A stretch of 64,000 nt of DNA from the NCBI GenBank assembly GCA_044892525.1, contig CM097886.1, positions 2,790,001 through 2,854,000 of the forward strand, read 5' to 3'. The notes below the pieces were generated by a model. It was not told the origin of the DNA. It made no database searches and was given only the letters and a program-made list of their open reading frames with translations. Position 1 is the stretch's first letter; each line of letters opens with the position of its first letter. Origin of the DNA: Schmidtea polychroa (lineage: Eukaryota). Made by a program: the position numbers and the translations under genes. Shown here piece by piece: positions 12,331 to 22,526 of the stretch.

Positions 12331-15300
12331 TGTTGGGGTTACACCTCGGCTGACCGCTCTACCATATTGACGGGTCTAAGGGTTGATTGTCCATCTCGAA
12401 TAAAAGGTGCCACCGATTTGTCAACCTGGAGTGAAACCCCACATAATCTTTCTTCCAACATAGTGCCCGTGAATCACTTCACGTTGGTACTGCACTATGC
12501 AGGCGAGACACCAGCAAGCAGGTGAGCTTCTGCCTTGAAACTACTCCTTGCTGAGGCCTCGACTTCCCATTCACGACTGCCGATAGAAGGGCTTACGTCC
12601 ATTTCCTTACACAACCACTTATCAGGATTCGCTGAATGCAAATTGGGAATTTCTCACTAGATCCTGCGGGTTCTCTACTCAACCCACTTAATTAAAGTCT
12701 AATTATTCATGAACGAAAACGTGTAAGACAACAAGATTTATTAATTTCAACGTTATGACACAAGGATTCAGCTGTACACTTTACTAATGTTTGTCGAAAG
12801 AAGAGAAAACATCATAATCAACATAGATCGGATCCTTGTTCTTCATCCTGACCGCCACTGGGGTTCTATTGTTTCTCCCATTCAGCGTCGGCGAATAATT
12901 CGTCGAGGTTAAAAAACTCGGAAGCGTTCTCTTCCCACGTTACGCCAGCGGCTGATACGATTCGTGCTGAGGGTCCCGTTGTTAGGTCGATGGACACGTG
13001 AGAGTTACCACCGTTGGTTGAACCCTCTATTGATGGGATGGTTGGCTTTGTAGTGGCGCGTTCGCGCTGTCTCTTCTTGCGCTCTGCACGAGAGAGTTGT
13101 TTGCGCTTGGGTTTGCTTGAAGATGCCACTTGCAGAAGGGTGACAGGTACAGATGGACTAGCAGTGGGGGGCTTACTGGTACCCGTGACGACAACATCTG
13201 GTCGCTTGGGGGACAATTCGTTTTCGACGCAGTCTTGGCACGGTCTCTTGAACGGTGGAGATGGATTCGAGGAAAGGTTGTGATGGGGCGGAAAGATGTC
13301 ATCGGCCTCTCGGATGGGAATCTGCACTATTTTTCGGGTTGTAGCCGCCTGCACGTAAACCTTATGCAGTGCCTCGGATTGTTCTCTGATTAGACTTCTT
13401 TGGGCACGGCTCTCAGATATTAGCGCGTCCCGGCAATGCTCGCTACGATCGAGCTTCTTTTGGATCTCCTTCATCCGAGCGGGACTAAACCATGTCCCTT
13501 CCAGCTCGTCGATTTTTCGTTTATATCGACCGATCTGGGCTTGGAGATCTGTAATCACTGCATTTTTATCTGAGCAGGAGAAGCAGGGACGTAGAGCTGA
13601 TTTGTTGTTTGATAACATAATGGATGGCTAAAGAAGAAAACTATGGTGACTATATCTAAAAATTTCGGATCAGATATACGGTTTATTCGCTATTGGATAC
13701 TTAGTGCTGGAAGAAAACAAGACGAGTCGATGAAACAGGATCCCTCCCTTCACCCTTGATTACTAATAATTTACGTATCCTTTACAAAAATTATTCCTCA
13801 ACGCCCTGATTGCTTCCCTGACGAATGCAAATTATTTGTAAAAATTTTAATTTTCGTCTATCGCGTTCGAGTTGGATTTCTATCTATCGCACATAAAGGC
13901 AATTTACGGATTTGTTCATGCCGGAGTGAATAAACCTATTTCATTACAAATACACTATACTACACTTCGTTTAAATTTCGCTGATTATTTGTTGTTATTC
14001 TAATGCAAAATAAGGTTTTTGGACCACATGCGACTAGTAAAAACTTGCACCCTTACCTCAAGTAGCGGAATAAGTAACAACTCGTAATTTCGTATAAACT
14101 ATACGTCACTATTTTATGATTACCCCTTATCCATACCATACGGTGATATCGTCGTAGAAATATAGCATCGTAAAAATATTGTAATTACATAATAATTTGT
14201 TATCGGATTTAGTTTTCTATTACCATACGTCATTTACAGGGAATATGAGAAATTTAACTACAATATTACTAGCTATTTTATAACCCAAAAATTCCTGTAG
14301 ATACTTTAGTTAATTTAAATTTGGCTCGAAGGCTACTACTATTATTTGTAACATCTAATTAGAATTACGATAAACCTCTACAACACTTAGGTAAAACTTC
14401 CTATGGTTTAGTTATAAAGTTTGGTTTGAATTTTCGATTATTAATTAAAATACCCCTTCAACAATTTCGATTTTTATTTAGAATATTTAATTTAAGCAAA
14501 ATTATCTTTAATGAGTGCACTTTAGAGAGTCTCTTATCTTAGTAGTCGGTTACTGGTTATTTTGGCTTATCTTTTTAGTGGTACGAATGACCTTTATCAG
14601 TAGTGAAATTTAAGAGTCAGTCATCTGGAAGTCACATCTCATGTCAGCATTATCTAGTATGACCACTGATTACTACTCACACACTAAGAATCCTAGAGAG
14701 GGTGACACATGGCGGCATTCCCTGCGGTGAGAGGCATTCGGAATGATTCTGCTGTTTCTCATGCATATTTCTGACCGGATGACGCTACTCATAGTTATGT
14801 TAGCAGTATGTCTGTATGTATGGGTGCCTGTTCGATGGAAATTTTATCTGTAACTATCAACCGTACTGAGCGAACTGCAAATGTTACATCGCGTGTCGAT
14901 TCCCATCTGAGCTTATGATGTTGGATTTATTTACTACGACTCGTAATTTCCTCAATATTGGATGCTTTTGAACGATGGAAGATCTCTACGAACCAGCCAA
15001 CTAGACTCTATGAAGCATATTTCAGTAGTGGATATTTCGACGCAACAGCATGAAAATTATTCAATGGGTATTACCAGATTTTGTTAATATATGTGATTGA
15101 ATACAGTATTATTGTGGTTTTATGTTTTATTTTTCCCTTATTGTAAATTCCTCATCATATGCTAGGATTTGGATGTCGCATCTGAAAGAGATGACCTAAA
15201 TTAGAGTTACTTTTTCAAAAATCTACCGAATGCAATTTCAACTTCTCGATATGTTAGAAAACCAGCGATGGATGCTTAATGGTATTTTCCCCCACATGGT

Positions 15301-16490
15301 AAGTTCGGATTTATAGACAGAAGTGGCATGAATGTCTTGTAAGACGACTCTGGACAATACAGAGTTAATATGAGAACTCCCTCAGTCGCTGTGAAGCACA
15401 TATCCTATTTTCGAAAATTTCAGAAGGTTTCCTTTCGGTCTATATTTCGGTACTCTGACAGATTTTAAGTCCTTCAGCAATTGGACCCGTGAAGAAGCCT
15501 TCACATTTCGGCCCAATCTAGCTGCGTGATTGAAATACTCCATGTCCACCGGCTGAGCTCCCGAAGGCACCTCACACCATGACATGGAGTATCTCAACGC
15601 CACGTTTCTCGTTAATATTAGAAATCATAAAACTATCACTCAAAATAAATATCCATAAAAATTATGTAAGAGTTCACCTGTTACCAATAAATACTTTTAA
15701 ACATTTAAATTATTTACTTTATCAAAATCGTTATTCAGGATCAAATGAAAAGAGAGTCTGGTTAAATTTAAAAGTTTAATTGCTCATTAAATATACATAT
15801 TTACTATTAACTTCGAAAAACAATATCATAAATAAAAATCCCTTACTATGGAATTAGGCTGAATCGGAAAATTAACGTTAGTCGTTCCAAATTAGTCTGA
15901 TGATAGTTCGTCGAATGTCGATTGCTGTGACTGAGTTCGAATTGCTGTGAAGTTTTTCGAATTAACTGTTGCTCTACTTGTATTGCTGATCCTTGAAATA
16001 AGTCTCCGTGAGTTGTAGATGTCTATGAAATGCTCGGGGTTAACAGTAAAAACAGTAAACATTTTTCTTACCTATGAAATGCTCGGGGTTAACAGTAAAT
16101 TTAATGTTTTTGGTAGTTGTATATATATCAAATTCTTATTTGTGCGGACCAATCAGAGTTGAGTACCGCTTATTTCTATTAATTTAATATAATTTTCTTG
16201 TTTTTAGGTTGTTTTTTCCTTATTTTCTTTATTTTTAATATGTTTTTCTATTTATTTCCTTAATTTCCTTATTATTTCTTGAATTCCTCTTTATTTATTT
16301 GTCAACTTGTTCTATTTTAATCTTTTCTTAATTTTATTTTTTGTTTTAATTCTTATGTCTTAATTATTATCTTCCTTATATCTTATTCTATTTTATTTCT
16401 GATTTTATTTATTTTATTATTATTTTTCTTAATGTTCTACTTCCCTACTTTCTTATTTTTCAACGATTAAATTTCCGACTCAGCCCAACA
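12331..16490 (-). repeat. 3' LTR (4,160 bp)
   Basis: Direct repeat of 38572-42731; no difference seen in the segments compared by eye, and identical ORF sets in the ORF track. Confidence 0.97.
12866..13618 (-). CDS. LTR-encoded 250-aa protein of unknown function (3' LTR copy)
   Basis: Long GC-richer ORF: RPCxxC twice, coiled coil, basic KPKRKQLSRAERKKRQRER stretch, acidic/aromatic C-terminus. Acceptor ttttcttctttag 9 nt before the ATG; AATAAA at 12742-12737. Confidence 0.7.
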   Translation of the reverse strand: MLSNNKSALRPCFSCSDKNAVITDLQAQIGRYKRKIDELEGTWFSPARMKEIQKKLDRSEHCRDALISESRAQRSLIREQSEALHKVYVQAATTRKIVQIPIREADDIFPPHHNLSSNPSPPFKRPCQDCVENELSPKRPDVVVTGTSKPPTASPSVPVTLLQVASSSKPKRKQLSRAERKKRQRERATTKPTIPSIEGSTNGGNSHVSIDLTTGPSARIVSAAGVTWEENASEFFNLDELFADAEWEKQ

Positions 16491-16717
16491 AATCACTCGG
16501 GGACCCATCAAAATTGCGTCCCGCAATTGCATAATTAACTTAATTCATTCATTCGAAAAAAAAATATAACACGAACACGAAAAATTATACAACAATGATA
16601 AAAATTTTATTGTAAGATCAAGGTCAAAGCAAGATCAAGCAAGTATCACTTAAGGTGATAGTTTGTACATACAATAAAAGTTTCCACATATAATAACACA
16701 AATGTTTGAGTTAGAGT

Positions 16718-17374
16718 TTATGAACTGTTAACTATTGATGCTTCTGCTGGCGGCTGTTGGTTGGTTTGGGTATTAATGTTGAGATAGGTCTGACTATTAG
16801 ATTTCGGCTGGATTGGTTGATTACTCGGGGTTCGAGGTCGGTTAAGATTTGTCAGGGGCACTTCTTGAGGATTTTGGTTCGAGGTTACTCTTATTGATGT
16901 CGAGACTCTACATCTATTTCGAACTTCGTAAATTTTCATGAATATTGGTAGACATAGGAGGAGGGTTTCTGCGATCACCACATATATGAGATAATGGGTG
17001 TCATTGATTTCGGGAGGTATTTTTGGCTTTTCTACCAGATTCCCAAAATTCTCTTGTTGCATTTGTTGTTCCAACTGGTCGAATTGTTGAATTTGTTCGA
17101 GGATTTGTTTGTTTATCATTTTACAAATGGGATTCTTTTTACACATTGTTTGGATGTTGTTGATGTGTGATCGGGTTGATTGAATGGTTTGGATGATATG
17201 GGTTTTTACGGTCATCGGGTATGTGCATTGACTGGATTCTTGTTTAGGTTCTTGATTTTGATTTCGGTAATCTCGTACGATTTTCGGTTGGGCGTCTATT
17301 TGTTTGCTCTCCATCAGAATCATCAATACCATCATTGTTATCATCATCTCGCCTCGCATGATACTATTATACAT
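16718..17374 (-). CDS. 218-aa predicted type I membrane protein, unknown
   Basis: Met-rich signal MMITMMVLMILMESKQIDA|Q, Cys-containing helical ectodomain, TM YLIYVVIAETLLLCLPIFM, and a P/Q/N/T-rich tail. Confidence 0.7.
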   Translation of the reverse strand: MYNSIMRGEMMITMMVLMILMESKQIDAQPKIVRDYRNQNQEPKQESSQCTYPMTVKTHIIQTIQSTRSHINNIQTMCKKNPICKMINKQILEQIQQFDQLEQQMQQENFGNLVEKPKIPPEINDTHYLIYVVIAETLLLCLPIFMKIYEVRNRCRVSTSIRVTSNQNPQEVPLTNLNRPRTPSNQPIQPKSNSQTYLNINTQTNQQPPAEASIVNSS

Positions 17375-17414
17375 TCATTATGTTTATTTACAATTGGTTT
17401 TAATGACCCTTAAT

Positions 17415-18167
17415 TTAATGGTTCTGATTTGGATTATTTTCGCCGATTCTCATCAAGGTGGACTCTGCTTTAATTACCCTGTGTCTTAACTCGGGCAGCA
17501 TTTCCAATTGTCGGTCTTTTTCACGGGCTTCTCTCTTTAGATGTCTAATTTCTTTTTCCAAGCGTCTAATTTCTTCCCTTTTCTTTTCAAGGTTTCTTTT
17601 TAGCTCGATTTGTAGGAGATCTTGTTCGTTTTCTTGCAGGTAATTTTGTTGTTGATGTTTTCTTTCTATTTCTCTATATTTGCGGACCCACTTCCTCATT
17701 TCTTTACTTTCCCGTTGGTTTTCTTCTAGTTGTCGTTTTAATTTATTTATAGCTGTTTGGCGCTCCTTCGCCTCAGTTTTCCAGTAGTCTTGGATTACCT
17801 CCTTTGCTTTGAAGCTTGCCCTCTCTTTCCATAGTTCTTCCGCTATCTTTTCCCAGTTTTTCCCTCGCTTCCTTTGTTCGTGTAGCCATTCATTTTCCTC
17901 TTCCGTTTCTCTTTTTATTTCCCCCAACGCTTCGCACTCTTTCTTTAACACCTTTATCATTTTCCGGTCCTCCAGGTATTTGTTTATTAATCTCCCGTTT
18001 TCGTATTTCTCTTCCCGTAACTCGGCCTTTAGCGTTTGTGTTTCTGTTGTTTCTGCCTCAATCTCTCCCTCTTCTACGTCGCTCATAATTTCTATCATTT
18101 CCTCGATTTTCATATCTATAATATGTACAGTTAATGGTGCGCTATAGTGCGACTTATACGTATACAT
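17415..18167 (-). CDS. 250-aa (or 232-aa from ATG 18113) coiled-coil protein, unknown
   Basis: E/K/R-rich heptads with spaced Trp; attatag acceptor 2 nt before ATG 18113. Confidence 0.72.
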   Translation of the reverse strand: MYTYKSHYSAPLTVHIIDMKIEEMIEIMSDVEEGEIEAETTETQTLKAELREEKYENGRLINKYLEDRKMIKVLKKECEALGEIKRETEEENEWLHEQRKRGKNWEKIAEELWKERASFKAKEVIQDYWKTEAKERQTAINKLKRQLEENQRESKEMRKWVRKYREIERKHQQQNYLQENEQDLLQIELKRNLEKKREEIRRLEKEIRHLKREAREKDRQLEMLPELRHRVIKAESTLMRIGENNPNQNH

Positions 18168-18281
18168 TGATATAAAATTTAATAGTTTGGGTTACAGTCC
18201 CCTGAATACTTTTACAATACTTTAATTTTTTTGTTTGGGATATACGTCCCGGTTTTTAGTTTTTCATCTTTTCATCCATCC

Positions 18282-19337
18282 TCATACGAAGGTTTCCTCC
18301 TGGCCTACATAACCTTCATCACTATCGACCGTGGAATGTAACTGTATCGCAATAGGGTCGTATGGTAGGTAATATTGGGGAATTTGAGCTCTCAATTCAC
18401 TAACTTCGTCTCTTAGAGCTCGAGTGATATTCAATTCCTCGTCGAGCAGATAGGTGAGATACCTTGTCTCTTCATCTTTCGCCTCTATCTGTTTGTCTAG
18501 GGCCTTGATTTTCTCGTCGCCCTTCCATTTTTCAATTTCTATTTCTAAGTTTTTAATATTTTCGGTGTACATTTTCCTTTCGTTTTCTAATTTTCTGTTT
18601 TTTCCCGCTAGGACCATGTTTCTTTGTTCCAGCGATCCTTGTAATCCATTAAGGTCTCTTTTCATCTCTTCTACCTGATTTACTAATTCCACAACCCGTC
18701 CCGCTTGTTGGGTTATCATCTCTTCCATTGCGGCATTCTCGTGCTCTCTTATGTCGCACTTCATTGCCAAATGTCGCTCAAACTCCATAGCCTTTGTTTG
18801 CCAGGTTTGGCTTCGGGCGGCGACCTTTCTCAACCTTTTCAATTCTTCCTTTATTATTAAATTCTCCTCCCATTTACCTTGTTCGCTTTCATATCCGAGT
18901 CTCCTGGGCAATTCTTTCATCTCTTTTTTCATGTCTCTGTTTTGTCTTTTCCATTTTCTCGCTTCTGCCACTAAGTGCATCATTTTCCTGTCTTCTATTT
19001 GCTTTTCCGCTTCGCGCTTGGTGTTCTCATCGGTAAGTCTTTTTCTCGCTTCCTGCACTAGCTGCTTTAAGTAGTGGCTGTGTGCTTCTTGGCGGGTATT
19101 TTCTAGTGACGCCCATTTTGATGCTCTTTTGCATGCTTCTGCTTCCGCTCTTAAGTTGTGTATTAACCATTGGTATTGACTATTCTCATCTTCTCTAGTT
19201 TCTTCGATGTGATTTCGGGTGAGATTAGTTAGTTGGAACATTACTTTGTTCCATTTTTTGTTATGTTCTCGGGGAATTTGTGTCTTGTTGACATTGGTTG
19301 GGTCTATCGCAGTTTCGGTTATTTTCTCTTGTGTCAT
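18282..19337 (-). CDS. 351-aa coiled-coil protein, unknown
   Basis: Long E/K/R-rich heptad ORF; tttag acceptor 2 nt before the ATG. Confidence 0.75.
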   Translation of the reverse strand: MTQEKITETAIDPTNVNKTQIPREHNKKWNKVMFQLTNLTRNHIEETREDENSQYQWLIHNLRAEAEACKRASKWASLENTRQEAHSHYLKQLVQEARKRLTDENTKREAEKQIEDRKMMHLVAEARKWKRQNRDMKKEMKELPRRLGYESEQGKWEENLIIKEELKRLRKVAARSQTWQTKAMEFERHLAMKCDIREHENAAMEEMITQQAGRVVELVNQVEEMKRDLNGLQGSLEQRNMVLAGKNRKLENERKMYTENIKNLEIEIEKWKGDEKIKALDKQIEAKDEETRYLTYLLDEELNITRALRDEVSELRAQIPQYYLPYDPIAIQLHSTVDSDEGYVGQEETFV

Positions 19338-19530
19338 TTCTAAATCATAGACATCGATTAATCTTTTTATTATGAAAAAGGAATTTATTCATTATTTACT
19401 GTTTCTTGGGAAATTTTCGCATCATTTTTGGGTTTTCGTATTTAGGGTTTTCATACTATTATTATATAATATTTTATTAGTTATATACACCGATATATAC
19501 AGATTATTATATACAACATTATTCGATTGG

Positions 19531-20919
19531 TTATTCCGTTCTACCCTTCTCCTCTTTCCTCACGGTCATCTTGATATATATGGTATCATTTCTCGCCATA
19601 TCTTCTACTCTTTGTTGTGAGATGAACGTAGGTGCTCCTGTTGCTGATCCTTCTTCGTTGAGGGGCCTCTGGTAAGCTATTTGATTCCCCGTTGTTTTGA
19701 AGCTTTGCTCATATATACTTTGGTTGTTCATCAGAGTAATATCGATTTTTGCCTGGAACGGCCATTCTAATATTTCGTCGTATTCTCCTTTACATAACAG
19801 AAAGAAAATCGAAAAGTGCGTATCTAATCCGGTTCCGTCCCCGTTGGGATATAGCTTCATTTTCATTTTGTACCCATTTTTCCAAGAATGGAATGTAGGA
19901 CTTGTTATTCTTGTCTCTTCTCCGGTTTTTGCTTTTCGTATTCTTTCTTTTACTCCCGTTATTTTCCATATGTAGGGTGCTGTTGGGGTTATCTCATTTA
20001 GATTTATTTCCCGTATTTTCTGATGTAGCTCCTTGGCCTGATTATTACTAATTTCTGTTCGGTTTATTTGCATCTTTATGTTTGCTCGGGCTTCTTCGAA
20101 CGCTTTCCTTTCTTCTAGTAGTTCTTTGACTAACACTTTCAACGATGTTATCTCTATCTCCATTTGTTTTACTTTCTCTTCGCTTTCTTGTAACGCAGTC
20201 GACCACATTTCTGCGTGAGTTGAAGCATTTTCTACTAAATGATGTGGTAACTCACCTCGGTGTAGTAATTTCTGACAACCCCATCTACCTAGTACACATG
20301 TCATTCTTTTCTTTTCGCATTCCCTTAGATGCTGTGCCACCTTTATTGTTTCCCCTTGGTTACATCCGTTTGGGCATTCCCCACTGAACTCCGCACATAC
20401 TCTCTCCTCTTGGACATTGTGATGTTTGAGGGTGAGATTTATCCACGTATCTATTTCTCCACAGTGTTCACATCTTTCCAATCTCTCCTCACACTGCCTT
20501 TGATGCTCTTTTTCTTCGCTTGCTCGAATGGTTTTATGGCACCTTTCACACTGGCCAATTCTGTACATACATTCTCCCATATGTTGTACTACCTTCCATA
20601 TTACTCCTTTCCATTCGCATGGGGCATTTTTGCATCCCAGGTTGGTGTTTAACATGTCTTTCACTGCGGCTTTATCCTCGTTAGTGTCTTCTAAACTCGA
20701 TATTAGTGTCTCTTTACACACCGGGCACCTTTGTGGTCTATTCTTTATTGCTTCACTGATACATTCTTTACATACTCTGCATCCACATTGCGTTTGGTGA
20801 GGTTCCTTTAACAACTTTTCACATATTCCGCACATAACATGTTTGTGTATTCTGATCGTTGTAGATTTTCGGACTTGCTCGACAATCTCTCTGAACTCTT
20901 CTCTTTGTCGTTTATCCAT
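19531..20919 (-). CDS. TRAF: Intronless full-length TRAF homologue (RING, zf-TRAF repeats, coiled coil, MATH), 462 aa
   Basis: CGIC..CGCRVCKEC..CPVC; five Cys/His fingers; YIWKI...SPTF...GYKMKMKLYPNGDGTGLDTHFSIFFLLCKGEYDEILEWPF...G.PTF. Confidence 0.93.
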   Translation of the reverse strand: MDKRQREEFREIVEQVRKSTTIRIHKHVMCGICEKLLKEPHQTQCGCRVCKECISEAIKNRPQRCPVCKETLISSLEDTNEDKAAVKDMLNTNLGCKNAPCEWKGVIWKVVQHMGECMYRIGQCERCHKTIRASEEKEHQRQCEERLERCEHCGEIDTWINLTLKHHNVQEERVCAEFSGECPNGCNQGETIKVAQHLRECEKKRMTCVLGRWGCQKLLHRGELPHHLVENASTHAEMWSTALQESEEKVKQMEIEITSLKVLVKELLEERKAFEEARANIKMQINRTEISNNQAKELHQKIREINLNEITPTAPYIWKITGVKERIRKAKTGEETRITSPTFHSWKNGYKMKMKLYPNGDGTGLDTHFSIFFLLCKGEYDEILEWPFQAKIDITLMNNQSIYEQSFKTTGNQIAYQRPLNEEGSATGAPTFISQQRVEDMARNDTIYIKMTVRKEEKGRTE

Positions 20920-21004
20920 TCTATAATTATATGTACAAATAGTTCTTATCGATACAGGTTCGATATTTTATTTACAATTATTTACATTTTGAGCTAGGTT
21001 TGGT

Positions 21005-21364
21005 TTAGGGTTCGGAAGAGTCGGCTTCGTGTCCGCTCTCCTCTCTATTCATTAGCCATTCCGACCAGTCTTCTATTTCTGTCTGTTCTGCTTCCTCCAT
21101 CATTCTGTCTATTTCAATTTCCTGTCGACGGCTATATTGGGTTATCCTCTCTATCTCTCTTTGCATTTGTTCGATTTTTAACCTCTGGTCTTCAATTATC
21201 TTCAAATAACTAAATCCTCTGTTCATACTCTCGATCAGGTTTCTGTGCATCGTCAGTCCTTGTTCTTGCAAATTGGACACTAATTGTGCTAATACGGCAC
21301 ATTGTTGCTTCCATAATTCTTCAGTTACTGTATTGTGGTTCATTTCGTTATTTCCTTGATCCAT
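21005..21364 (-). CDS. 119-aa coiled-coil protein, unknown (track start is a TTG at 21388; first ATG at 21364)
   Basis: Same strand and purine-rich composition as neighbouring ORFs; TAG acceptor 2 nt before the ATG; AATAAA at 20972-20967. Confidence 0.65.
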   Translation of the reverse strand: MDQGNNEMNHNTVTEELWKQQCAVLAQLVSNLQEQGLTMHRNLIESMNRGFSYLKIIEDQRLKIEQMQREIERITQYSRRQEIEIDRMMEEAEQTEIEDWSEWLMNREESGHEADSSEP

Positions 21365-21524
21365 TCCTAATTTATATACTCTTTTCAACTCTTATGTAAA
21401 TTTAATTTTATTTTATGATTCCCGTTATTGTATAATATTGATACCGCGCTTATATAAAGATATAATACTGTTATATACATAAGATATACTTACTTTTTAC
21501 AATTATATACAGTCATATTCCTTT

Positions 21525-22526
21525 CTATATACGTGAGTTTGGAGGGCGCTGAGCGTTCCAGGCCTCCACCCACTGTTCTTGTTTGATATCACTTGGTCGT
21601 TTCACTCGATGTTGGAAATTTCTGATTCGAGTCATCTCTAGTTCTCCGCGATGTCGTTTACCCTTAATTATTTTTATTGTTCCCCCCGTTATGATTAAGA
21701 ATGCCCCTGTTATTATTATCCCACTGATCCACATCATCTGCTTCACGCTTATACTCTCTGGTTTTTCCTGGTTTGTTAATGTTGATATTGCTTCTGTACT
21801 TTTCTCGTTCCCTCTTTTGCCGTTTCCTTTCATCCTTTCCCGTATTCTTGCTATTTCCTCGTTCATACCCTCCTTTGCCATCTTTTGTATTTTTTCCATC
21901 TCTTCTTCCGAAACATAGTTGTCCTGAGCTTCCTCGCCGGTTTTCTTGTGCTTTCCTCCTTCGTCCTTTTCGTCGTGGTTTTTCCTTTTCTTTCCTCTTT
22001 TCCCCGGGTATCGTCGGCATTCTCTTTTTGATTCGTTTCTCCAGATACAAACCGTATATTCCTTCGGGGGCTGCTGCTGCGTCACATATTGATGGCATCT
22101 CTCACCCGGTCCTAATCTTGAAATACAGACTTTGTGCTCTTTTCTTGGTTGGAGCTGCGTTATTACTACTTCGCCACCTTTTCCTAGGTGTACCTCTTTT
22201 CCTTTAACGTTCGTTATTCTTTTCCCGTCTCGGTTTCGGTATGCTTCTTGTATTCTTACTTCTGTTATTGGTTCTGTGTCCTCATTTATCAGTACTAGTT
22301 TCTGATACGCTCTAGACATGCATCTTCCTAGTATGCACCTTTCCTTTAAGTCCCATTCTTCCTTTAAATCCCACTGCTGCTCTTGTGCTTGCTTTTTCTT
22401 TTCTTGTTTTAGTTCGTCCTCTTTGCTATCTTGATTCTCCGCTTCTTTGGTTTCTTTTATCGTCCTCGTCCCTCCATGAGCTGTTACTAACTCTATCATG
22501 GTAAGCATAATTATCATTAATATCAT
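21525..22526 (-). other. C-terminal second membrane-protein module (signal-like segment, Cys-containing ectodomain, TM, short tail)
   Basis: MILMIIMLTMIELVTA|HG (22526-22479); VVITQLQPRKEHKVCI, resembling an FN3 strand motif; TM MMWISGIIITGAFLIITGGTIKII (21737-21666). Confidence 0.6.

Noticed and set aside
14640-15603. BIR domain or other coding exons within the LTR that might splice to the RING ORF
   Set aside because: The frames translated by hand (including the 73-aa ORF and a 36-aa hydrophobic plus-strand ORF) showed no BIR motif; not all frames were checked.
12331-16490. The two 4.16-kb repeats as a segmental duplication or assembly duplicate
   Set aside because: TG/CA inverted termini, TSD, PBS and internal gag-pol identify them as LTRs, though long-read confirmation is still advisable.
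16718-16920. TRAF-binding motifs (PxQxT, PxExxAr) in the cytosolic tails of the membrane proteins
   Set aside because: Only partial matches (PQEV, PIQP, PAEA); not enough to claim.
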